From assembly GCA_965248055.1 (NCBI GenBank), contig CBDFIJ010000004.1:1152001-1216000 (forward strand): 64,000 bases of DNA, given 5' to 3'. The position numbers and the translations under genes were made by a program. The notes beneath the pieces were generated by a model. The model saw only the letters and a list, made by a program, of their open reading frames with translations. It was not told the origin of the DNA and searched no databases. This DNA is from Candidatus Multivoradales bacterium (lineage in GTDB: Bacteria; Acidobacteriota; Thermoanaerobaculia; Multivoradales; JAHEKO01). Within the stretch, counting starts at the first letter, position 1. Each line of letters begins with the position of its first letter. Below are positions 1 through 9,170 of this stretch, one piece after another.

Positions 1-591
1 CAGGAATCGTTTCTGCGCAAATACTCTGGAACCCAGGTATTTGATTCTCGAATCTCTCTGATCGACGACGGAACCGACCCCAAAGGCCTAGCGCTGCCGA
101 TCGACTTTGAAGGCTGCCGCAAGCGACGTGTCTCGCTGATTAAAAAGGGTGTTCCGCAAGGTCCAGCATTGGATCTTCGCCAAGCGGCGATCTTTGGCCT
201 CAAGGCAACCGGGCACTCGGTGGCTGGCAATGATTCGCGCGCCAGCCACTTGTTCTTGAGTTCAGGAGAGTTGGACGACGACCAGGTCTTGCATTCGGCA
301 AACGGAGGCCTGTGGATCGGCTGGATTAGCCATATTGAGTGCTTTGACAGCCAACGGATGCTGTTTCGCGCTCATGCTTCCAATGTGCGTCGCATCGTCG
401 ACGGAAAACGCGAAGCGCCGGTATTCGACCTCATCTGGGAGGACAGTCTGCTGCGGGTCGGGGCGGCGATCTCCGGTCTCGGTACGACCACCGCAACTTG
501 GTCGCCAGAGAGCTTACTCGGCAGTTGGAGCGGGCCGTCGATGGTGGTTTCGGGAGTCGATAATCTGCGCGTTCGGCCAGGATTGGCTTAG
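1..591 (+). CDS. TldD/PmbA family protein, C-terminal part (5' truncated by window)
   Basis: Frame open from base 1: ...ISLIDDGTDPKGLALPIDFEGCRKRRVSLIKKG...TGHS..., resembling the TldD/PmbA C-terminal D-x-EG and TGH motifs. Confidence 0.75.
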   Translation, partial: QESFLRKYSGTQVFDSRISLIDDGTDPKGLALPIDFEGCRKRRVSLIKKGVPQGPALDLRQAAIFGLKATGHSVAGNDSRASHLFLSSGELDDDQVLHSANGGLWIGWISHIECFDSQRMLFRAHASNVRRIVDGKREAPVFDLIWEDSLLRVGAAISGLGTTTATWSPESLLGSWSGPSMVVSGVDNLRVRPGLA

Positions 592-632
592 TGGCAACAA
601 CCTGGCGCAGTAACGACCTGTGCGGTAATCAA

Positions 633-2177
633 CTAGTGCACGCGCTTGGCAACCAATAGCGTCTCATCGTCGGCTTGCGGCGCGCCGCGCGAAAATGATT
701 CCACCGCCAAACGAATCCGGTCGACGATCACCGCTACCGGCTGGTCTTTGGAATCGGTGAGAACGGTCTTGAGTCGATCGAGGCCGAACTCCGCTCCCTC
801 GGTAGAAGCCGCCTCGGTGATGCCGTCGGAGTAGATGCACAAGATATCTCCCACCGCCATCGCCGCAGTTGCGGTTCGGTAGGGCGCCCCGGCGATCATT
901 CCCAGCGGCATCCCCCCCGAACCCAGCTCCCGAGTGGCCCCGTCTGAGGACACTATTAGTGCTGGATTGTGCCCGGCATTGCCATACAGCAACTCGGCAC
1001 CGTTGGGACCCACTTCAGCGATGAAGAAGGTTACGAACTTGTTGGCCGCACTGTAGGCCGCAATGTGGTTATTGAGACGGCTGAGTAGCTCCTGGCTGAC
1101 GCCGAATTGGTCCAGCGAGAGTCGCAACGCCGAGTGAATGGTCGACACCAACAACGCAGCCGGAACCCCCTTGCCAGAGACGTCACCAACGAGCAATGCC
1201 GCCCGCTCTCCGGGCAGCAGGATGAGGTCGTGATAATCGCCGCCCACGTGCCGCGCCGACTGACTCCAAGCGGCAAACTGATAGCCATCCAGGGTTGGTA
1301 GTTCCCGCGGCAGCAAGCGATCTTGGATTTCCGAAGCCAGCTCCATCTCGCGCTCCAGACGCTCCTTGTCCAAGGCTTCACGATGCAATCGAGCGTTCTC
1401 CAAGGCGATCGCAGCCTGGCTGGCGAACAGACCTAGGGTGGGGGCATCGGCTGAGGAAAAAGGACCCACGCCACTGCGGCTCTCTTTGTCTCCGGCCACC
1501 AACAGACCCAGTTGTCGGCAGTCGGCCTCGATCGGCCGAGCCAAGACGTGAGAGGCACCGGGCAACAAACCCAAACTCTCCACTTTGTCGCTCAGGCCTT
1601 CGAATTGTTCGGGCGTCGCTTCGATACGGTCTAGGGCATCTCCGCCGACCGTTCCGGCCAGCTTCGCCTCGCCATCTTCAAACAGGTACAAGGCACCGCG
1701 GCGGGCGTCCAAGAGTGCCACCGTACGCAACAAGATTTCCTCAATCAATTGACTGCGGTCCAAGGTCGAGGCAATCGCCAAACCAACGTCGTAGAGCGAC
1801 TGCAGGCGCACGTCATCCAGCCCCGACTGGAAACGTCGATGTTTGATTTCGCGCTCCAGGTGTTGGCCGCGCAGCAGCGCCGAGACCAGCGTCACGGATG
1901 GGGGTCGTTGTTCTCGAGATTCAGCATCGGCGGAAAAGGCGATCAATCCGCCATCGACTTGGATCGCGGGTCCATCGTCGTCGCTGGTCCATCGTTCCGG
2001 GGTCCCGTCTCCCACTCCCACCCAGCGCACGTAGTCGCCGTGGTCGGAAGGTACATAGGCGGCAGCCCCGGTTGCCGAATAGCACAGCAGCAGGTCTTCG
2101 AGCGCTGCCCGGACGTCTGCAGTTGGAGATTGGGTTTGCAACGACCCCAGGCTAGCTGCGGTGGGCACCCTCATCAA
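633..2177 (-). CDS. GAF-domain PP2C/SpoIIE (RsbU-like) Ser phosphatase
   Basis: GAF region followed by VGGDYHD, GDVSGKG, NAGH, YSDGITEA and DDET PP2C motifs. Confidence 0.93.
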   Translation of the reverse strand: MMRVPTAASLGSLQTQSPTADVRAALEDLLLCYSATGAAAYVPSDHGDYVRWVGVGDGTPERWTSDDDGPAIQVDGGLIAFSADAESREQRPPSVTLVSALLRGQHLEREIKHRRFQSGLDDVRLQSLYDVGLAIASTLDRSQLIEEILLRTVALLDARRGALYLFEDGEAKLAGTVGGDALDRIEATPEQFEGLSDKVESLGLLPGASHVLARPIEADCRQLGLLVAGDKESRSGVGPFSSADAPTLGLFASQAAIALENARLHREALDKERLEREMELASEIQDRLLPRELPTLDGYQFAAWSQSARHVGGDYHDLILLPGERAALLVGDVSGKGVPAALLVSTIHSALRLSLDQFGVSQELLSRLNNHIAAYSAANKFVTFFIAEVGPNGAELLYGNAGHNPALIVSSDGATRELGSGGMPLGMIAGAPYRTATAAMAVGDILCIYSDGITEAASTEGAEFGLDRLKTVLTDSKDQPVAVIVDRIRLAVESFSRGAPQADDETLLVAKRVH

Positions 2178-2182
2178 AGTCT

Positions 2183-2551
2183 CTATTCAGCTGGGTCGGT
2201 TGCCGCAGCCAGCGATTCGACCGCACTCGCTTCATCCTGGTAGATGCCGGCATACTGGGCTAAGCCCATAATGTGGAAGGTCTTCTCGATGGTCGGTGTT
2301 AGATCACAAAAGGCAAGGCGCCCCTCACGCTCGATCATGTTTTCCAGCACTTCGATCAAGATAGAAATGCCAATCGAGTTGACGATCTTGGTGCGCGCCA
2401 AATTGAGCAACAAGGTGCGCTCACCGCTGGCCATTAATTCCGAGGCGTGCTTGGCGATTTCCTCGCCGCCCTGGTTGTTGATGTAACCATCGGTGTAAAT
2501 CACCGCGAGGCCGTCACGCCGTTCTACAAGTATTTTTAGCTGGTCGGTCAT
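2183..2551 (-). CDS. STAS anti-anti-sigma factor (RsbV/SpoIIAA-like)
   Basis: 122 aa; LLLNL...IVNSIGISIL phospho-Ser motif; lies between kinase and phosphatase. Confidence 0.9.
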   Translation of the reverse strand: MTDQLKILVERRDGLAVIYTDGYINNQGGEEIAKHASELMASGERTLLLNLARTKIVNSIGISILIEVLENMIEREGRLAFCDLTPTIEKTFHIMGLAQYAGIYQDEASAVESLAAATDPAE

Positions 2552-2562
2552 CGTCTTTGTTC

Positions 2563-2982
2563 CTAGCGCATTTTCCTCATGATGACGGTGGTTCCAGCCT
2601 CACCAGACTGGAACTCTACCTCGTCCATCAGGCCGCGGATAATCTGCATCCCCCAACCCCGTTTCCGCGTGGCGTGGATTTTATCTTCGATCTTGGAATC
2701 GGCAACCGATCCAGGGTCAAAACCAACGCCGCGGTCCTTCACCTCTACCTGCAGAAACTCCGGCTTGACCCGGAACCGCAGATAGACATGGCGATCCTCA
2801 GCCGCGCTGTGTTCGATGACATTGATGCAAGCTTCGACGACGGCGATCCGAACCTCGTCAGCCTTGTCTGCATCAAGGCCCATAAAACTAGCCACCGCGC
2901 TCGCGGTCTGGCTTGCCGAAACCTCCATGTCCGCTTCCATGGGAAGCGTCAGCTCGACATCTTGTTCTTCTGGACGGGGCAT
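2563..2982 (-). CDS. RsbW-like anti-sigma factor Ser kinase (HATPase_c)
   Basis: EACINVIEH N-box, DRGVGFD G1 box, RGWGMQII G2 box. Confidence 0.92.
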   Translation of the reverse strand: MPRPEEQDVELTLPMEADMEVSASQTASAVASFMGLDADKADEVRIAVVEACINVIEHSAAEDRHVYLRFRVKPEFLQVEVKDRGVGFDPGSVADSKIEDKIHATRKRGWGMQIIRGLMDEVEFQSGEAGTTVIMRKMR

Positions 2983-3136
2983 GAGGAGCGCCTATTCTCC
3001 GCTATCGAAGGCAGAACTCCAACTCTCGATCCGCGGCACCATCGACCGATCGAGGCTTTGACCTTGATTGAGACTCTTGCTTTGACTTTTGAAAACGGGA
3101 CTCATGGACGGCAACCGACCTAGACGCCGAAGCACT

Positions 3137-3322
3137 CTAAAACGCCAAGAACAGCTGCAACAGGATCAGTGCGACTGGGCTAAGCGCGTCCGAAACCAGA
3201 AGTAAGCCAAACACTGCGATTACCGCGGGAACCCACGCGCGCAACACAGCAACCGGTCGTAAACGACCGCCAACCTCGGAGTAGGTAGATTCTGCTGTGC
3301 GCAGGTGCAGGGTATCCAACAT
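3137..3322 (-). CDS. Putative 61-aa small membrane protein
   Basis: ATG at 3322 just downstream of the sigma54 promoter; hydrophobic C-terminal half (WVPAVIAVFGLLLV...VALILLQLFLAF). Confidence 0.4.
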   Translation of the reverse strand: MLDTLHLRTAESTYSEVGGRLRPVAVLRAWVPAVIAVFGLLLVSDALSPVALILLQLFLAF

Positions 3323-3335
3323 CGCCTGACAGCAT

Positions 3336-3351
3336 CGCAAGGCCCCTGCCA
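3336..3351 (-). promoter_or_regulatory. sigma54 -24/-12 promoter
   Basis: Minus strand TGGCAGGGGCCTTGCG: GG-N10-GC, close to TGGCAC-N5-TTGC. Confidence 0.7.
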
Positions 3352-3449
3352 GCCTACCTCAGCCTTCCCTAATGGTTCTCTAAGTGCTTTAAATTCCGCA
3401 CTTAAGAATCCTGGAGTTTATCCCTCTCAGAACACACCGAGAAACTACA

Positions 3450-3547
3450 TGCGGCATAATGTCTCTCTCCTGGGAAAATCTAAAAACAATTCGTAACAAT
3501 CGGCCCAGATTGCCTCACGAAATGATCAATAGGGGCAATTTGCCACA
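3450..3547. promoter_or_regulatory. Three candidate enhancer (UAS) sites TGnGGCA-N3-TG in AT-rich spacer
   Basis: TGCGGCATAATGTCTCT (3450-3466,+), TGAGGCAATCTGGGCCG (3501-3517,-), TGTGGCAAATTGCCCCT (3531-3547,-). Confidence 0.5.
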
Positions 3548-3564
3548 CAAGGGGCGAAACGCCG

Positions 3565-5061
3565 CTAAAATCCGCGGCGCTGCAGTGTTCTGCGGTCGAT
3601 CCCGAGAAGGCGCGCCGCACGAGACTTGTTTCCGCCGGCGACTGCCAGCACGCGCTTGATGTGGCGCTTTTCGACTGTCTGAAGATCCAAGGGGGTTGGA
3701 CCCAACAGATCAGAAGCTGAACCCAGCAGGGAGCGCACCATTTCGGCGCCCACTTCTGCTTCGCTAGCGAGCGACAGCGCGGCCTCGACCAGATTCTTTA
3801 ACTCACGAACATTGCCCGGATAATCGTGGGCAACCAGTAGTGCGACTGCCTCTGGGGAAAACGTTGACGGTTGCATGTTTTCGCGCTCGCCAAAATTCTT
3901 GGCGAAGTGGCGGACCAAGTAGGGGATGTCCTCACGGCGCTCACGCAACGGAGGGACTCGCACTTCAACCCCTTTTAGGCGGTAGTACAAGTCCTCACGA
4001 AACGACCCGTCGACCAGCTTGGCTTCCAAGTCTTGGTGGGTTGCCGAGACCACCCGAACATCCACCTTGATTGGCCGCATGCCACCCACTCGGGTGATCG
4101 TTCCCTCCTCCAAGGCGCGCAACAGCTTTACCTGTAGTGCTGGCTCCAAGTCGCCAATTTCATCCAGGAACAGCGTTCCTCTGTCGGCCAACTCAAACTG
4201 ACCTCGGCGTTCGCGAACTCCGGTAGCCACCCCGCGCTCGATTCCGAACAACTCGCTCTCCAGCAAGGATTCGGGGAGCGCCGCGCAATTGATCGCCACC
4301 AACGGACCCGACCGACCAGAGAGACCGTGAACCACCCGTGCCATCAGCTCCTTACCGGTTCCGCTTTCGCCACGGACCAAAACACTGATTACCCGAGGGG
4401 CGACCCGGCCGAGGATTTCCATTGCCTCCGCAAGTGGCCGAGCATGGGCTACCACTTGAGTGCCGATGTCCACTTCGGTCCAAGCTGAGCGCAAGGCACG
4501 ATTTTCTTCTTCCAGGGACTGATTGCGCGCCGACAGGGCATTGACCCGCCTCACCCCTGCCACCGCTCGAGCCATCAACACCGCCACCGACTCCAAAAAT
4601 CGACGATCTTCGTCAGAGAAACGAGTGACCCCGCCAGCGCGATCTTCTTTGTCGATCACCGCCAGCATTCCCAAACAATCACCGCCCTGCATCACCGGCG
4701 CCGCGAGCAGATTCTGATGCTCCAATCCAGCCAATTGACCTCGATCCAGTTGTTGGGTCAACCCTTGAGAAAGCGCCCCTTGCCACAAATCGGAAGCCAG
4801 CACAGAGGACAAATCCGGCTGCTTGATTCCCCAGCCAACGTGGGCCAGCGCCCCCGGCACGCCATCGACAATGCCATCCACGCTTGGCTTCGGTGTGGTC
4901 CAAGCAACCGCCGCCGACGGATCCAACACTGAACAAACACGCTCAAGAACCCCTTCTACCAACTCGGGCTCTGGACCGGAGACGTGCAGAGCGAGGTCGT
5001 AGAGAGTCTCCAATTGCAGCGTGCGCCGCTTGTCGCTAAAGGTGACTCCGAACGGACTCAT
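3565..5061 (-). CDS. GAF-AAA+-Fis HTH sigma54-type enhancer-binding protein (GVATGV variant)
   Basis: GESGTGKE Walker A, ESELFG, LFLDEIGD Walker B, FREDLYYRL, YPGNVREL, C-terminal Fis HTH. Confidence 0.93.
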   Translation of the reverse strand: MSPFGVTFSDKRRTLQLETLYDLALHVSGPEPELVEGVLERVCSVLDPSAAVAWTTPKPSVDGIVDGVPGALAHVGWGIKQPDLSSVLASDLWQGALSQGLTQQLDRGQLAGLEHQNLLAAPVMQGGDCLGMLAVIDKEDRAGGVTRFSDEDRRFLESVAVLMARAVAGVRRVNALSARNQSLEEENRALRSAWTEVDIGTQVVAHARPLAEAMEILGRVAPRVISVLVRGESGTGKELMARVVHGLSGRSGPLVAINCAALPESLLESELFGIERGVATGVRERRGQFELADRGTLFLDEIGDLEPALQVKLLRALEEGTITRVGGMRPIKVDVRVVSATHQDLEAKLVDGSFREDLYYRLKGVEVRVPPLRERREDIPYLVRHFAKNFGERENMQPSTFSPEAVALLVAHDYPGNVRELKNLVEAALSLASEAEVGAEMVRSLLGSASDLLGPTPLDLQTVEKRHIKRVLAVAGGNKSRAARLLGIDRRTLQRRGF

Positions 5062-5177
5062 TAATTTCTTGACGCTCCAAACGCCTCTATCAAATTAGCT
5101 TATCGCGCCGTTGCCAGGATCGCGAATGCTGCGCCAGATTTGCAACATGGACGGTGCCCCAGGGTCTTAACCGCGAT

Positions 5178-7994
5178 CTAGCTCAGCATTTGCCGCAGAT
5201 AAGCTGAGGTGTAGCCCTTGCGGCTCGCAGCGATCTGCTCCGGCGTACCTTCAGCAATCACCATCCCGCCACCGTCCCCGCCCTCAGGCCCTAGATCGAG
5301 AATCCAGTCGGCGGTCTTGATGACGTCTAGATTGTGCTCGATCACCACCACCGTATTGCCGCGATCGACCAGTCGATGCAGCAAAGCCAGGAGCTTGGCG
5401 ATGTCGTCGAAATGAAGCCCTGTGGTGGGTTCATCCAGAATGTAAAGCGTCTGCCCCGTGGCACGCTTGCACAGCTCGCGCGCCAACTTAGTGCGCTGGG
5501 CTTCCCCGCCGGACAAGGTGGTCGCCGGTTGCCCCAGGCGCAGGTATCCCAGACCGACGTCGTCCAGAGTGCCGACGATCCGTTCGATCGCAGGAATGTG
5601 AGCGAAAAAGACCCTGGCCTCTTCGACTGTGAGATCTAGAATCTCAGCTATATTGCGATCCTTGTAGGTCACCGCCAACGTTTCCCGGTCATAGCGGCTT
5701 CCGCCACAGATGTCGCAGGTGACGTAGACGTCGGGCAGGAAGTGCATCTCGATCTTAAGTTGTCCATCCCCGCTGCACGCCTCGCACCGACCGCCTTTGA
5801 CATTGAAGCTAAAGCGACCCGGTTTGTAACCGCGCGCTCGAGCTTCCGGAGTTTGAGCCATCAGGTTGCGAATCGCTCCAAAAACATTGGTATAGGTCGC
5901 CGGGTTGGATCGTGGCGTGCGCCCAATCGGGCTCTGGTCGATGCCAATCACTTTGTCCAACTGGTCCAGTCCGTCAATCTGATCGTGATCGCCGGGGCGT
6001 TCGTTGGACCTATACAGAGCTTGCGCCAGAGCTGGGTAGAGGATTTCGTTAACCAGGCTCGACTTGCCGGACCCAGAGACGCCAGTGACTGCGATCAGCA
6101 TGCCCAAAGGGAATCGCCCATCGATCTCTTTCAGGTTGTTGTGGCGGGCTCCGCGCACCACAACCTCACCGCCCGACCCAGGACGTCGCTGTTCGGGAAT
6201 GGGAATCACTTTCTCGCGCCGCAGATACTGGGCGGTCAACGAGTCCGAGGTCTTCTCGATTTCGCCCGGCAGCCCTTGAGAAACCACTTCTCCCCCGTGG
6301 ACCCCGGCGCCAGGTCCCAAATCAATCACCCAATCCGCAGCACGAATGGTGGCCTCATCGTGCTCAACAACCAATACTGAGTTGCCCAGATCGCGCATCC
6401 CTTGGAGAGTGCGGATTAGTCGATCGTTGTCGCGCTGATGTAGCCCAATCGACGGCTCGTCTAAGACATAGAGAACCCCCATCAACTTGGAGCCAATTTG
6501 CGTCGCCAAACGAATTCTTTGACTCTCGCCTCCCGACAGCGTGCCCGAGGATCGTTCTAGGGTCAGATAGCCAACCCCGACGTCGTCTAGGAACCGCAGC
6601 CGGTCCATTACCTCTTTCATAATCTTGCCCGCGATCTCCTGCTCGCGAGATTGCAGCTTGAGTTGATCCAACTCCTTGCGCAGCGCCGCAACCGACATCC
6701 TGGACCAGTCGGAGACCGAAGCGCCATGGACCTTGATCGCCAGCGCCTCTGGCTTCAGGCGATGCCCGTCACAGGAAGGGCAAACCTGAATCGACATGTA
6801 GCGTTCAATTTCAGCACGGACCATTGCCGAGTCGGTGTCGTGATAGCGACGGGTCAAAAGCGGAACAATCCCTTCGTAGCTACCTTCCCAGGCATAATTG
6901 GACTTCTTCCCCTGAATCTCAAAGGTCAGCTCGATGTCGCCACTGCCCAACAAGATGGTCTCTTTCACCTTGGCGGGGAGCCGATTCCACGGAGTATCGA
7001 GATCGAAGCCAAGATGCGCGGCCAGGGTTTCGATCATGCGCATCCGCCAAGACTTGGAACCCGCAGGCCACGGTGCGATCGCCCCTGCGGAAATCCCTCG
7101 TTCAGGGTCGGCGATCACCTTGTCCGGGTCCACCCGCATCAAGGTGCCGAGGCCGTTGCACTCCTGACAGGCGCCGTGAGGGCTGTTAAACGAGAACAAC
7201 CGCGGAGTCACTTCGGCCAGACCGCTGCCACAGTTGGAGCACGCGTAGTTTCGCGACAGTAGCTCCTCGTCGTACCCCTCGGCAGCCACCGCCAACAGCC
7301 CAGAGGAGACCTTGAGCGCGGTTTCGATGGAATCGGCGGCGCGCTGTTCGACCTCTGGCTTGATCACCAATCGATCGATCACGACGTCGATGTCGTGTCT
7401 ACGCTTTTTGTCCAACTTGGGTGGGTCGCCCGAGAGTTCCACCAGCTCACCGTCGACCCGCGCACGGATGAAGCCTTCCTTGGCCATCCTTTCCAACTGC
7501 CGGCGGTACTCTCCCTTTTTCCCGCGCACGTAGGGGGCGTACAGCACCACCCGTGTGCCCTCGGGAAAACTCATCACCCGATCGACCATCTGCTGCACCG
7601 TCTGGGGTTGCACCACCAATCCACATTTGGGGCAATGAGGTATACCGATCGAAGAAAACAGCAAGCGGAGATAGTCGTGAATCTCGGTCACCGTACCGAC
7701 CGTTGAGCGCGGATTTCTCGACACCGACTTCTGTTCGATCGAAATCGCCGGCGACAGCCCCTCGATCGCGTCGACATCCGGTTTTTCTGTCTGCTGGAGA
7801 AACTGGCGGGCATAGGACGAAAGAGATTCGACGTAGCGTCGTTGGCCCTCGGCAAACAAAGTGTCGAAAGCCAGGGATGACTTGCCGGAACCCGATACCC
7901 CGGTGATCACCACCAACTGATTGCGCGGAATCTCCAGGTTGATGTTCTTGAGGTTGTGTTCGCGCGCTCCGCGGATACCGATGTACTCCGTCAC
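5178..7994 (-). CDS. uvrA: Excinuclease ABC subunit A
   Basis: GAREHNLKN start, two ABC ATPase domains ([14 protein letters not shown]), zinc fingers. Confidence 0.99.
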   Translation of the reverse strand: MTEYIGIRGAREHNLKNINLEIPRNQLVVITGVSGSGKSSLAFDTLFAEGQRRYVESLSSYARQFLQQTEKPDVDAIEGLSPAISIEQKSVSRNPRSTVGTVTEIHDYLRLLFSSIGIPHCPKCGLVVQPQTVQQMVDRVMSFPEGTRVVLYAPYVRGKKGEYRRQLERMAKEGFIRARVDGELVELSGDPPKLDKKRRHDIDVVIDRLVIKPEVEQRAADSIETALKVSSGLLAVAAEGYDEELLSRNYACSNCGSGLAEVTPRLFSFNSPHGACQECNGLGTLMRVDPDKVIADPERGISAGAIAPWPAGSKSWRMRMIETLAAHLGFDLDTPWNRLPAKVKETILLGSGDIELTFEIQGKKSNYAWEGSYEGIVPLLTRRYHDTDSAMVRAEIERYMSIQVCPSCDGHRLKPEALAIKVHGASVSDWSRMSVAALRKELDQLKLQSREQEIAGKIMKEVMDRLRFLDDVGVGYLTLERSSGTLSGGESQRIRLATQIGSKLMGVLYVLDEPSIGLHQRDNDRLIRTLQGMRDLGNSVLVVEHDEATIRAADWVIDLGPGAGVHGGEVVSQGLPGEIEKTSDSLTAQYLRREKVIPIPEQRRPGSGGEVVVRGARHNNLKEIDGRFPLGMLIAVTGVSGSGKSSLVNEILYPALAQALYRSNERPGDHDQIDGLDQLDKVIGIDQSPIGRTPRSNPATYTNVFGAIRNLMAQTPEARARGYKPGRFSFNVKGGRCEACSGDGQLKIEMHFLPDVYVTCDICGGSRYDRETLAVTYKDRNIAEILDLTVEEARVFFAHIPAIERIVGTLDDVGLGYLRLGQPATTLSGGEAQRTKLARELCKRATGQTLYILDEPTTGLHFDDIAKLLALLHRLVDRGNTVVVIEHNLDVIKTADWILDLGPEGGDGGGMVIAEGTPEQIAASRKGYTSAYLRQMLS

Positions 7995-8446
7995 TTCTGC
8001 CTCCGCGCCATCGCCTCTTCTGCTTCTCGATCCATGATTCGTTTCTTTGCAGCCGCGCGTTTGTCGTGCAACTGCTTGCCACGCGCGACCCCGATCTCAA
8101 TTTTCACCAAGTGCCCCTTGAGATAGACCGACAGGGGCACCACGGTTTGCCCTTTGCGTTGAATCGCACCTGCTAGGCGGTCAATCTCACGCCGACTCAA
8201 GAGCAACTTGCGAACCCGCTCTGGATCGTGATTGGCATCGGTGCCATGCGAATAGGGAGAGATATGGGCTCCCACCAACCACGGCTCGTCGCTGCGGATC
8301 TCGACGTAGGCGTCGCGCAACTGGACGCGCCCAGCGCGGATCGACTTCACTTCGGTTCCGGCCAGAACCACCCCCGCTTCGAGTGTTTCGTCGATATGGT
8401 ATTCGTGGCGTGCACGGCGATTAGCGGCGAGAACTTTGTGACTCAT
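7991..8446 (-). CDS. smpB: SsrA-binding protein
   Basis: NRRARHEY, EAGVVLAGTEVKSIR, GKQLHDKR. Confidence 0.98.
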   Translation of the reverse strand: MSHKVLAANRRARHEYHIDETLEAGVVLAGTEVKSIRAGRVQLRDAYVEIRSDEPWLVGAHISPYSHGTDANHDPERVRKLLLSRREIDRLAGAIQRKGQTVVPLSVYLKGHLVKIEIGVARGKQLHDKRAAAKKRIMDREAEEAMARRQK

Positions 8447-8530
8447 GAGGAATTCGGGTTGAACGGGAACTCCAGTTGGGGCCCGAACCGCGCAGTCTAC
8501 CTTCTTCTTCGCGTGCTAGAGTCCCGCCGG

Positions 8531-9145
8531 ATGAGCGCCCCGAGCGCCCTTAAGGCCTCAGCCCTAGCGGGTCTCATCGTCCTCGTCCTCCTTGCTCCTG
8601 CGACCGTGGCGGCGGACGACGGCGACGACCCAGCGATCTCGCAACTTTCTGCAGTTGTCCGAGAAGGGCGTTTGTACGTCGACCTGCTTGCCACCCAGGT
8701 CCTCGACCCCAACAGTTTGAGCCGCCTTGAGTCCGGACTTCCGATCAATCTTGAGTTTGAGGTCGAGGTGCGTAACGAGCGGCCTGGATGGTTCAACAAG
8801 TCATTGGCTTCCGCCCAGGTAGAACTGCAGACGGTCTACGACGCGGTCACCCGAGAGTACACGGTCACCCGACGCATCGACGGCGAACTGATTGACGTCT
8901 CGGCAGCTCGAAGCGTCGAAGAGTTGGAGCCGATGGTCTCGCAATTGGCTGAGTTCGTGGTCCTACAGGTGGCCGACCTCAGTCTGGGTTCGTCGCCGAT
9001 CGTGCGCGCTCGACTGGTCACCCGGCGTCGAACTTGGCTGTGGGTGTTCCCGGCTGTGGCCGCGAGTGCGTGGCAAACGACGCCCTTGACCCTGGACTCT
9101 GTCCTCGAACGGCCGGCCCTCGAACAGCCCGAACCAGAGTCATGA
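8531..9145 (+). CDS. DUF4390-like exported protein
   Basis: Signal peptide, LESGLPINLEFEVEV...YDAVTREY; upstream of NtrY-like kinase; start set at ATG 8531. Confidence 0.7.
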   Translation: MSAPSALKASALAGLIVLVLLAPATVAADDGDDPAISQLSAVVREGRLYVDLLATQVLDPNSLSRLESGLPINLEFEVEVRNERPGWFNKSLASAQVELQTVYDAVTREYTVTRRIDGELIDVSAARSVEELEPMVSQLAEFVVLQVADLSLGSSPIVRARLVTRRRTWLWVFPAVAASAWQTTPLTLDSVLERPALEQPEPES

Positions 9146-9170
9146 TCGCTCGCTCGCCACGCACTCAAAG

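Noticed and set aside
7991-8530. tmRNA next to smpB
   Set aside because: Flanks are too short and lack tRNA-like ends
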